From Octopus bimaculoides (Eukaryota): a DNA stretch of 63,565 nt. Every line of letters starts with the position of its first letter. Positions within the stretch are counted from its first letter, which is position 1. The stretch is taken from the NCBI RefSeq assembly GCF_001194135.2, contig NC_068982.1, forward strand, positions 161,370,132 through 161,433,696. The letters run 5' to 3'. Positions 12,862 to 23,865 of this stretch are shown one piece after another. Made by a program: the position numbers and the translations under genes. The notes under the pieces were generated by a model. The model saw nothing but the letters and a program-made list of their open reading frames with translations, was not told the origin of the DNA and made no database searches.

Positions 12862-13300
12862 TGCGAGTTGAATAACATCCAGCCATGAGCATACCTATGG
12901 ATGATTCAAGTGATGTCTTCAGGAAATTTAATAAAGGAATTCTTAGTACCTGGAGTTGGGATAAATCCAAATTATGAAGGCAGAATAAGCTTAGAAGAGT
13001 TCCAGAAGTTTCTGGGTGCCTTTCTGACACAGGACTCCATCAATTTGATGGTACAGCTTGTGAGACTGACTACAGTAATTGACAGGTGATGTGTGCCCCC
13101 ACCCCCACCCCCCACATTTTGAATGGGGAAATAACCGTGGCAATTTTTTACTGTCCTAGGGTGACACACTTATTCCAGAAGACCTGGAAAAGTAATGAAA
13201 GCTGGAGCAGGAGTATGTTGGTATACAGCTGCAGGAAGGTTTATAGGAGGCACATTTTAAAAAGAAGTCTCCATGGTACTGTGGTGTGGCGTGTTTATCT
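12862..13300 (-). mobile_element. Decayed CR1/L2 (Jockey-group) LINE RT fragment
   Basis: Minus-strand translation across frameshifts: QLSLLFQVFWNKCVTLGQ*KIATVISPFK..PVNY..VSLTSCTIKLMESCVRKAPRNFWNSSKLILPS*FGFIP..FIKFPEDIT*..LDVIQL. This follows the consensus PLS.LF..S...G..P..WK.A.VIP.FKKG..NYRPVSLTS..KLME..QFGF..DVIYLDF. Confidence 0.7.
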
Positions 13301-15708
13301 GTCATGGGAGATTATTCTGATAGAACAAACAATTGGTATTGGGTGGGGGATTTGCCAATCCCAAAATAGATGTTGATTGCATAGCTTATCATCCATAAAA
13401 ATTCAATACTCATGAGGCCAGAAGAAGCTAAATGTAGCCCACGTTATATTGTCATTGGAGATTTTGCATTTATTAGATTCATTAGCTATAGCGAGCATTA
13501 ATAGTTTCTTAGCTGTTTGACTTTGTTTTCAACCCAGCCATCCTATGTTCAGGGCATTGAATAATGTTGTCTTAAGTACATTGCTCATAATTGTAATACT
13601 TTTGATCATTTGTTTGCAGTATTTGTCAAACTCTTTGTTTTATCAATCTTGGAAGGATGAAGGATAAAAGTACTAGTCAAGTGCTAGAGTGCAACCCTCT
13701 CTCCCAGCCACCACATTTTGGACATTCTGCTGGGTCAAAAGATACCTTCTTGCAAATTCATGGGTATTAAATAAACAGCAAACTATTTGCTGCATGTTGA
13801 TGTGAAGTCATACTCAGTTGCAAGCAATGAGAGAGAAAGAGAGTTTTTTTTTTTTTTTTTTTTACTAGTTTCAATTATTGGATTGTGACCATACTAGAAT
13901 ACTACCTTCAAAGGTATAAATTCTTTATATCAACTCTTGTATCTGTTGCCTGGCTCTTATTTTATTGATCTCCAAAGGATGAAACCAAAAGGGGCTTGGC
14001 TAAATATAGCATATTTTTTTAATGTCATTTCTGATCCACCCCCCATACACACACCCCTATAATTTTGATGTTTGCTTGCAGTTATTTGATGTAGCATATT
14101 TATTGTTATTATTACAACTACTGTTATTGCTACTTTTCCGTCTATACATTAAGTATAATATAACCATGAAACTCAGGAATCTGTCTTTACATATCTGTTC
14201 TGTCTAGACTGAATGTTTCTTTTTTGGTCTTATCTCCAGCGTTGTTTCAACTGTGATGGAAATGTGAGAAAAACTCAAGACCAAAAAGAAAAAAAATGGG
14301 GGTTTGATAAAGGAGAGGGGTGAGAGGATAATTTGACTGGAGTGGTTCCTGATTTATTGACTTGGTGTCAGAAAATAGTCTCCCCCCACCGCCTACCAGA
14401 GGGTGGGGAATTGTTTAGCTTCCTTTCTTTCTACCTCACTTCCCAAAGGTGTGTATGACTGAAGTTAGAAAATAAATAGTAGTGTTGAAAAATAGACTGC
14501 ATAGTTGGCATTCTGTAACAAACAAACAGACAAGAGAATCACATAATGGAGTAGGTAAGCTGAGAGATTGAATGTTGGAAATAGTAAATTGTCTGGTTTA
14601 ACACTTTCCACATTGTAGTTCTGAATAGCTGATCATAAGCTGAATGTTTTGTAATCATTGCCTTTTGATAACAAAACAATGTACTTACATTGCCTGCTGT
14701 TTATTTAGATACCTCAAAATATTGACTAATAAAAAGATATTAGTCAACAACTAATATTGCCTTTTCCTTACCACATATTTCCTTTTTCTAGTTACCATAC
14801 TTGATGCAGGGAACATTAGAAACTTTTCACCAACTTTTTATTTCTTTTTTGTTACATGTGAATGGCATCTCATAGTAATTCTCTAAATATTTCTCCATTT
14901 CTATGCCTACAAGTGTTCATTCTTGTACAAACAACTTTCTTGCAAGTTCTCACGATTTCTTCTTTATAATATTATACAGACATCACTCCCAATCCAGGAT
15001 ACCTTTGCAACACCTGCCTACCTACCTCTGCCAATATAATGGAATTTGATGTTTATCAAGCCACATCAGATTGCCATCATGTTCCCTTCTCATTACATAT
15101 TTAAAACCTTCCTCTCCCTCTTACATCACTGTTATGTCGATACAGATGGACCCTGCAAGCTGCATTATAAATTACTTGTCTATGAAGACAATAATTCTAA
15201 ATAAGAAGGGACTATTTAATTCTCCCACATTGACTGCCTCTCTAGTGCTGGTGGTTCAATAAAATGCACCTAGTTCACACTAAAAAATATGTAGCCACAA
15301 AGTTGGCTAGTTTTCAGTGTTTTTTTTTGTGTGGGCCAGATGATAATAAACACAAGTGACCAGACTTGTCCAGTGCATTCCAGCATGGGAAAAGGGCATG
15401 GAATGAAAATGATGGGATAGTGATGTGGAGTAATATGTAGTGCAAAGCTGGTGATGGTAGCTATCCCTTCCCTGTTGGAGTATAGTATGATGACTATGCT
15501 AGAGATATGAATGAGAGGAAAAGATATTTTAGATGAAAGCAAGTAGATTATTTTTCTAATATAGAGAACCCAGACACTCCCTAGTAACATCAATGCTGCT
15601 TGGCTCTGCTGGAAAGATCTACACTCGTGAATGATGCTAGACAAGTTGTAATTTCCAGTTGATAGCTTATGAAGGGGGTGTCTCTCAGTGCAAGTACTTT
15701 ATAGAATA

Positions 15709-15743
<35 letters not shown>

Positions 15744-16235
15744 TAAACAACAGCATAAATGTTGGTCAAACCCTGAAATTAATCATGTTCTGAATAAATG
15801 TATTTTAATATTCTTTTGCTGGTTCCAGTCATTGGCCTATGGCCATACTGGGGCACTGTCTTCTAGTGTTTTAGTCAGTTATATCGACCACAGTATGTTG
15901 TCTCTATGAAACGGCTAAGTTTAACTAATCTGTTACACAGTCCCCAAATACCACAAGGTAATTTTGTTGTATGCACTCATACACAATTGTGTTAGATAAA
16001 TGTTAACACTGAATTTTAGAACTCTACAGTACTCAAGTTCTGATAGATTTCATGATTTTTATGATGTATTTGTGTTGGTTTCCATAGTTATTCTAATTTT
16101 GTGGGAATTCTATTTTGAACTGTATTACTGCCAACCAATGTTTCTCTGTTAAATTTTTTATTTCATTTATGAAATAAGATGCTCTGACGCCCTGTTAATG
16201 CATGGTCAACTGATGTGGAAGCATTGTACTTTAAA

Positions 16236-16300
16236 AAAAGCATGTCCAAGTTGTAAATTTCATGACTTAGTTATGAAATTTTCAACTTGGACATGCTTTT
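16236..16300. other. 65-nt near-perfect hairpin
   Basis: AAAAGCATGTCCAAGTTG (16236-16253) pairs with CAACTTGGACATGCTTTT (16283-16300); one T:T mismatch; AAATTTCAT pairs with ATGAAATTT; 9-nt loop. Confidence 0.9.
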
Positions 16301-16556
16301 AAATTTTCATTCATTAAAGAAACTTTAAACAAGGACATCTTGCATGTAAAACCTCATCCTTGTCATTGAACAGCCATCTTCTATGCTAGCATGAGTTGAA
16401 CAATTTGGAAGGATTCAGTGGATCCAAGGACTGCACCGAACATTAGTTGATAACAGGTACCTTAGTTGCAGCAGCTGCTAAAAGTAAACAAGCTACACAT
16501 CTTGTATAATACAAGAACCAAGTACACTGATTACAAAATAGCAAATATATCTTTAA

Positions 16557-16765
16557 CCCTTTAGCAATCACATTATTTTGTCAAAAGCAATGCTTATTCA
16601 TTCACGTTGTTTTGAATTATCTTCTAGCACTGAGATTTTGATGAGGTAACTTTTAATCTTTAGAATTATATAGTAGGGTTGGTGTTGCAGGCCAAATCTG
16701 ATCAATATGAGCATAAAACAGGTAGGATATTTTGGCTGGACATGGCCAGATTAAATGCTAAAGTG
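16557..16765 (+). mobile_element. piggyBac-type MITE, copy 2
   Basis: TTAA (16553-16556) CCCTTTAGCAAT ... AATGCTAAAGTG TTAA (16766-16769). Confidence 0.75.
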
Positions 16766-17454
16766 TTAAAAAAAAATTCATATAACAGAACACATCTCAT
16801 ATATTACACAAACACTAGAATAAAACAAAATAAAAATTCAACATGAAACTAAAAACTATTAAATCACAGAACAAGTTATTTCAGACAAAAATTGTGTACT
16901 TCATGACTTGTGACATTGGACTCACAAGTACAACACTCTTTTGTTAGTTGATTGTGTATTTAGAACAAGAAACCTTTGTTACTCATTTTATTTCCAATGG
17001 TAGGATGTGGTTTGAGGGCAATTTGCCTGCCATTTCTAATAACCATGCAATTGCATAGAGGCTTCTCAATGGTTGTCAATATAATCAGAGCATTCCTGTA
17101 GGTTATCAGGTTGAACTTCAACTCTACCTGGTTAGTCAATAGGCAAAGTCCTGGTTAACATTTTTTGTCAAATGTTTAGCCCACCCCTGCTTTGTGGGTA
17201 GGCTACAAAGGTAACAGGCATGGGGGAAACCATATTCTCCTCTAACTAAATAACGATTATAATTTCTCATGTAGACACAAGATCAGAAGTTTTGATTGAA
17301 GGAACAGTCTATTATACTGACTGTTTTTTGAATGGTACTTTTATTGACCACAATAAGATTTGAACTTGGAACATAAAGGGCTTAATCTAAATACTGCAAA
17401 ATATTTTGTTCAGTGCAGTGCTCTAACAAATCTCAAAATTATAACAATGGTTTT

Positions 17455-17600
17455 TAATTTAGGCACAAGGCCAGCAATTTTAAGGGGAAGAAGTTGATTA
17501 TATCAATTCCAGTATTTGACTGGATGAATAGAAAAAGGGCAAAGTTGACCTTGAACAGATCAGAAGAAATTTTAAGGCCATTCTGCTAATCCTCTGCTGT
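17455..17600 (-). mobile_element. (ATT)n-tailed SINE remnant
   Basis: TTTAGGCACAAGGCC ... GGCAAAGTTGACCTTG ... CTAATCCTCTGC is the reverse complement of the tail, body and head. Confidence 0.6.
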
Positions 17601-17668
17601 AATAATAACAAAACTTTCATTAATAGGATTTTATATATTTTCTTTTTTTCTTTCTCTTCCTACTTTAG

Positions 17669-17739
17669 CACATTCCAGCATAGTTTGGTCTGCACAATGC
17701 CATCCAACAGAATCTGAACAGTTTGCATCTTGTTCACAG
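17669..17739 (+). CDS. WDR77: WDR77/MEP50 exon: AHSSIVWSAQCHPTESEQFASCSQ
   Basis: Long polypyrimidine tract, tttAG at 17667-17668, GTGAGT donor at 17740; 71 nt, phase 1 in and phase 0 out. WD40 AH...SCS motif. Confidence 0.9.
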
Positions 17740-18435
17740 GTGAGTAACCAATGTTATGTGTCTCTCTTGTAAATTGTATTGCCCTGTCTTTGCATGTTGA
17801 TAGTGCATTAAAATCTAGTTTTCAAATTATACACTGAGAGTATAAACGTTGTATTTTATGTTGTTGGTATAATTTAGTTTTAGGTCAGCCTTGATCTAGT
17901 AGGCTTATGATCTAAGATATTTCCAACTCTGATTGTACTTTTCTTTATTGAGGCATGTTGGTACAGACTGGCGCCAGTTTCTTCAGATTCTGGATTTTGC
18001 TCCATGGCAAATTTTTGAGACCATGTTATGTCTTTTCATTTTTTAAGACAGTAATTTAAGAGAGATTTGAATGCTATTTCTAGTAGATTGAATTCTTGTA
18101 TTAAGGCACTTTATATTTTGAGAAATGGAGTGATGAATGGACCTGGAGTGCCTGAGTGGAAGAGGTACAAGACCATCCAATTCCAAGGAACAGAAGCCAT
18201 TACAGTAACAGAAAAGACTGGAGTGACAGTATACCACTGAGAGGAAACATAGTATATTCAATGTAATCAGTTTTGCATAAAAAGTAGTATTGGATTTATT
18301 GATGTCTGTTCACAATCTGCTATGAAGGCAATGAATTAGTTTGAACAAGATTTTAGTAGATTCTGTGTTCTATGGATTTCAGTAGTTCTGAACCATGTGG
18401 TTGTAGAATGCAAACATATGATGAATGTAGAGGAT

Positions 18436-18438
18436 TAC

Positions 18439-18471
<33 letters not shown>

Positions 18472-18478
18472 TACTACT
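18436..18478. repeat. (CTA)n microsatellite next to the 3' end of Helitron A
   Basis: Read directly. Confidence 0.9.
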
Positions 18479-18490
18479 GTTTATAATATA

Positions 18491-20122
18491 CTAGTAGTAT
18501 AACCCGACCTTGTCCGGGTGTGACTTATTATGCCATCTACGATAAGTCTTGCTAGCTGAAAATCAACTAAAAAAGAAAGCCTTACAACAAAAAAACCCTT
18601 ATGATGTAAATATGTTCATAATTCAAAAGATGATGAAATTAATAGGGAAAGTCTGAAAGCTGTTTTGCGTAAAATTATTAAGCATACGTAAATTTCATCC
18701 GTGTAATTGGCTATAGAAATGCTTGTGCAAAACAACTTTTTGCACTGCCCTGATTATACATAGCAGGGTAATCCCTTTTCACAGGAGCTAGGATGGCAAT
18801 TTGTGATGANNNNNNNNNNNNNNNNNNNNNNNNNNNNNNNNNNNNNNNNNNNNNNNNNNNNNNNNNNNNNNNNNNNNNNNNNNNNNNNNNNNNNNNNNNN
18901 NNNNNNNNNNNNNNNNNNNNNNNNNNNNNNNNNNNNNNNNNNNNNNNNNNNNNNNNNNNNNNNNNNNNNNNNNNNNNNNNNNNNNNNNNNNNNNNNNNNN
19001 NNNNNNNNNNNNNNNNNNNNNNNNNNNNNNNNNNNNNNNNNNNNNNNNNNNNNNNNNNNNNNNNNNNNNNNNNNNNNNNNNNNNNNNNNNNNNNNNNNNN
19101 NNNNNNNNNNNNNNNNNNNNNNNNNNNNNNNNNNNNNNNNNNNNNNNNNNNNNNNNNNNNNNNNNNNNNNNNNNNNNNNNNNNNNNNNNNNNNNNNNNNN
19201 NNNNNNNNNNNNNNNNNNNNNNNNNNNNNNNNNNNNNNNNNNNNNNNNNNNNNNNNNNNNNNNNNNNNNNNNNNNNNNNNNNNNNNNNNNNNNNNNNNNN
19301 NNNNNNNNNNNNNNNNNNNNNNNNNNNNNNNNNNNNNNNNNNNNNNNNNNNNNNNNNNNNNNNNNNNNNNNNNNNNNNNNNNNNNNNNNNNNNNNNNNNN
19401 NNNNNNNNNNNNNNNNNNNNNNNNNNNNNNNNNNNNNNNNNNNNNNNNNNNNNNNNNNNNNNNNNNNNNNNNNNNNNNNNNNNNNNNNNNNNNNNNNNNN
19501 NNNNNNNNNNNNNNNNNNNNNNNNNNNNNNNNNNNNNNNNNNNNNNNNNNNNNNNNNNNNNNNNNNNNNNNNNNNNNNNNNNNNNNNNNNNNNNNNNNNN
19601 NNNNNNNNNNNNNNNNNNNNNNNNNNNNNNNNNNNNNNNNNNNNNNNNNNNNNNNNNNNNNNNNNNNNNNNNNNNNNNNNNNNNNNNNNNNNNNNNNNNN
19701 NNNNNNNNNNNNNNNNNNNNNNNNNNNNNNNNNNNNNNNNNGTGTTTTTACGTATCTATGTTATGAAAAATAGGTAAAGAATACTGAGATGAAAGGTTAA
19801 TCTATGACGTTGTATGTATCACTTTCTCTCTCTCTCCCTCTCCCACTCTTACTCTCTCTATTTTTATGTTGAGCGCGTGTGTAAGAATTGCGTTCCAGGT
19901 AGAAGGGATGAAATATAAAAGTTGCTAGAAACAACAGCCAAATCTCCCTTAAATCACACAAAGTAAACGGAATTTTAAAAATCTAATTACTGCACTGGAA
20001 AGTTCACATCGAGAAAATTCCATTGATGCAAACAATTTTACAAAAAAGTGGAAAATGTGGATTTCTATAAACTTTCAAAAAGGCTTCACACAAACACACA
20101 ATTTCAGATTTATATATTAAGA
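18491..20122 (-). mobile_element. Non-autonomous Helitron A (contains a 932-N gap)
   Basis: On the minus strand: A|TCTTAATATATAAA 5' end at 20122; 3' hairpin ACCCG-N8-CGGGT (18502-18519) then CTAG|T at 18491-18494; inserted between A and T with no TSD. That the two ends belong to one element across the gap is assumed. Confidence 0.7.
18810..19741. other. Assembly gap (other gaps: 5622-5721, 23094-23520, 35276-35285)
   Basis: N runs. Confidence 1.
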
Positions 20123-20343
20123 TGAATGATACAGGAGGTGCTATGAAACTTGGGTAACTGTAGGAGAATGAGATGTATTTTGGACTACTGGTAGCAGAGC
20201 TGCTGGATATCTAAAACACTGAGAGTTCTGTTAGAGAGTCGAGTTCACTCATCTTAAAAGGTGATATTGAGAAATGATTGTAGATGGTAAAATAAGGCAG
20301 TGACAAAGATGAAACAAGCTAGTTTTAATATTTAATTAACAGA

Positions 20344-20537
20344 GGGCGGTGAGCTGGCAGAATCGTTAGCACGCCAGGCGAAATGCTTAGCGGTATTTTG
20401 TCTGCCGTTATATTCTGAGTTCAAATTCCGCTGAGATCAAAGTACCATTTACGCACTGGAGTCGATGTAATCAACTTAATCTCTTTGTCTGTCCTTGTTT
20501 GTCCCCTTTATGTTTAGCCCCCTGCAGACAATAAAGA
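20344..20537 (+). mobile_element. Second tRNA-derived SINE family (head GGCGGTGAGCTGGCAGAATCGTTAGC)
   Basis: A-box-like head, B box GAGTTCAAATTCC, perfect 17-bp TSD AATATTTAATTAACAGA at 20327-20343 and 20538-20554. Confidence 0.88.
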
Positions 20538-22149
20538 AATATTTAATTAACAGAAAATTAAAACAGGTGATGCCAACATTCAAGAAGTAGATATTACACT
20601 GAATGATTACAAAAAAGTTGTTCATCTTTTGGAGGTTTCTGTTTAAGGTGTTCTCGTTTAGTCCCAGTTCAGTCCTCATCATGCAAGCTTAAGATCAAAG
20701 ATGTTCTAGCATTGCCCATCCTGTCTTATTGTATTTCCAGACATTATTTGATGCATCCTTGTTCTAAGATAATGTAGTATGAGGGAGATTCAGCTGCTAT
20801 TTCTAGCAGGTCAATTGATTGCATAGATGTTTCTCTTATTGATTCATCTTTATGAGCATGTTGGCCTTTGGGGTGTCTCCAGTGTACTTTACATCAGTGA
20901 ACCTTTTTAAAAGTGCATCAACAGATCACTGTCTTTTATACTCCATTCCTTTCTGATCAGCAATGCTCCTATTCTGTAAGTCATTCAAGAAAGAAGACCT
21001 AGTAAGTTGTCATATGAGAAAATACATCTCATATTTTCATAAATGTACATTTGAAAGAGTGCCCCCACCTCATTGATTCATATTTTTTTTTATACTGGTT
21101 TAGTTGTTAGTTTTTAATGAAAAAGGTGTGTGTGTTTGTTTAACAAATAAATAATAGCTGAAAAGAAACTACTAACTTCTGTTTATTTAAACTTGTTAGC
21201 AATTGTATTGAGGTACTGCTGTAATGTTAAGATTTCTTACTCAGTGTTAGTCATTTATTAGTGCTGCTTTGACTTGATTATTTGACCTAATTTTGGTGGA
21301 ATTTGTATGAATTGAGCACATTTTCTCCAGTATTTTTCTGCATAACCTGTTTAATAAGGTTGTTTTAATACAATAGTGTAGAAATAAGTTGTTAGTAAAG
21401 TAAACCTGCAATATGGCTTTTAGTTTTCTAAGGCCATAGCTATTTCGTTTTACTCTTATCACTAATGCTTTTCTTAATGAGAATACCACTTTGTTTCCAT
21501 ATCCATCTAACTGAAGTTTTCATTTAATGATTCTCAATTATATTGACCCAACCGAAATATCTCCCCACTTTTAGGGAGACTGAAAAATGATGCAAATAAA
21601 CTTAATATATTACTAAACTTTATATTCTGTTTCTCAATTGTTGATATTTCTCTTAGTACCTCTGCATTTTGAGAGCAGTCTAAAATAGACAGACCCTATT
21701 TGTTTAAACCTGATTACTAAATATCCTATATCTTGTCTCTCCTCCTCTCATCAATAAGCCTATCTATGTCCCATCCCCTCACACAGTATACTGTTCTTCC
21801 TTCCTTGCTGCTCATGTTTCTCTCCAACCACTGATTTCCAACAGCTAAAACTGCACATTAACCCTGTTACCTCACCTAGTTTTAGCTATTTAATAACTAT
21901 ATCTCATTGACATGTAAGCACCACACTGCTCACGCATGATGCATACACTCGAGTATTTATTCAAAGGTTGAAACTGTTTAGTGCTAACAAAAGCTATTGC
22001 TCCCTAAATTTCTTCCATTTCTTCCTTATTATAATATTTTCACAACTACCCCACCACCAATATCAATTAAATTACCTAGGTAATAGACAAAAACTATCTA
22101 CATCATTGACTGTGTTTGAAATATCTCCTGTCAATGTGAAGAAAAAATC

Positions 22150-22565
22150 AGGCCACAAGAAGTGTGTGCGTGTGGTTAAGAAGTTTACAACCACATGGTT
22201 TCGGGTTCAGTCCCACTGCACAGCACCTAGGGTAAGTATCCTACTACAGGCAAACCAATCCTTGTGAATGATTCTGGTAGGCAGAAAGTGTAGGAAGCTT
22301 ATGTGTACGTATGTGTGTGTTTGCATGAATGTATATGAATTTTATTTCATGACTTGTCACTGCTTGAGCAAAATGGTGGTGATGTTTACATTCCTTGTTG
22401 GCATTATGACTAATTGCGTTGTGCTTTGAAAGACCTATATGAGATATAAAATGCCTCACTTGAAAATGGATAAAAGTTGGGAATAGGAAGAGCAGCCAGC
22501 TGTAAAATTCTGCCTGAAATGTCTCCACCCAACCCATGCTAGCATGGAAAAACAGGTGCTAAATG
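22150..22565 (+). mobile_element. SINE with the CORE-like head but an RTE-derived tail
   Basis: Head and core resemble 46631. The 3' end GGAAGAGCAGCCAGCTGTAAAA ... CCAACCCATGCTAGCATGGAAAAACAGG matches the RTE tail. Similar partial copies at about 30150-30365 and 52570-52950. Confidence 0.65.
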
Positions 22566-22703
22566 AACTCACTTTTTTGTGTTAAGTACTTTTACCTCTC
22601 GTCTGCACACTAAAATGCGTGTTTACATGTACTTCATTCTTTTTCTTGCTTTCTCTTTTTTTTTATCAATGGCTTGTAAAATAAGTGCTTTAGAATCTAG
22701 TAA

Positions 22704-23853
22704 TCTATATATATAAAAATGAGAATGTGTGTCTGTCTGTCTGTCTGTGTGAATCCCTAAAACTAGAGAACTACGCAACCAATTTCATTCAAATTTTACA
22801 GATGCCTTACTTAGGGTTCCAGTTGTGTTTTAGTCAAAAAAAATTTTAACTTCTTGCAGAGTTCGAGCCCACAGCAATATAATATCTCCTCCACTATTTA
22901 AGTATTACGTGTCAAAAGTGAAACAAAAACACTCATGTCAAATACTTTCACTTTAAAAATGAAACTATTCTACTAACTGAAACAATCACATTTCGATACT
23001 GTAATGACAGATACATTCAGAGAGAGAGAGAAAGAGAGATGTATATGTATACATATAGATGTATATGTACACGTTATTCCACTAACTGAAACANNNNNNN
23101 NNNNNNNNNNNNNNNNNNNNNNNNNNNNNNNNNNNNNNNNNNNNNNNNNNNNNNNNNNNNNNNNNNNNNNNNNNNNNNNNNNNNNNNNNNNNNNNNNNNN
23201 NNNNNNNNNNNNNNNNNNNNNNNNNNNNNNNNNNNNNNNNNNNNNNNNNNNNNNNNNNNNNNNNNNNNNNNNNNNNNNNNNNNNNNNNNNNNNNNNNNNN
23301 NNNNNNNNNNNNNNNNNNNNNNNNNNNNNNNNNNNNNNNNNNNNNNNNNNNNNNNNNNNNNNNNNNNNNNNNNNNNNNNNNNNNNNNNNNNNNNNNNNNN
23401 NNNNNNNNNNNNNNNNNNNNNNNNNNNNNNNNNNNNNNNNNNNNNNNNNNNNNNNNNNNNNNNNNNNNNNNNNNNNNNNNNNNNNNNNNNNNNNNNNNNN
23501 NNNNNNNNNNNNNNNNNNNNTAAATTGTCAAGTAAATGAGACGCATCTTTGCCTCCACTGATTCACTTGCAAAGTGTTGAGTAAAATTATTTCGTTGCAG
23601 ACCTCCTTTGGGTCTTTTTATTATCACTACGACACACATAGTCCCCAGTTGGTAACATTGATTTCAAGGCCCTCCTAGATGAGAGACTGGCATTCCACTT
23701 AATGTCTATGTTCCATGCTGGCATGGATTGGAGAGTTATTAATGTAGAAATATGGTATCGTAGCTACTAACAGTTGAGGGTTGCGTAGTCTAGACGGCGT
23801 TTTTAGATTTCATTATTCTCTTTAATCCGGGCAAAGCCGGGTATTTCTGCTAG
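22704..23853 (+). mobile_element. Non-autonomous Helitron B (contains a 427-N gap)
   Basis: A|TCTATATATATAAAAATG 5' end followed by (TGTC)n; 3' hairpin CCGG-gcaaag-CCGG (23827-23840) then CTAG|T at 23850-23853; A/T insertion site. Confidence 0.8.
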
Positions 23854-23865
23854 TATAATATAAAA

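Noticed and set aside
13094-13113. G-rich run on the minus strand as a G-quadruplex
   Set aside because: Only three G tracts, inside a LINE relic; no sign of function.
18793-19777. Long ORFs of 324-326 aa (also those at 5575-5847 and 23004-23639)
   Set aside because: Artefacts of N runs translated as X.
21247-21540. Possible AP-endonuclease relic on the minus strand (SGILIKKSI ... ILQVYFTN)
   Set aside because: Only two short motifs in different frames; too weak without a profile search.
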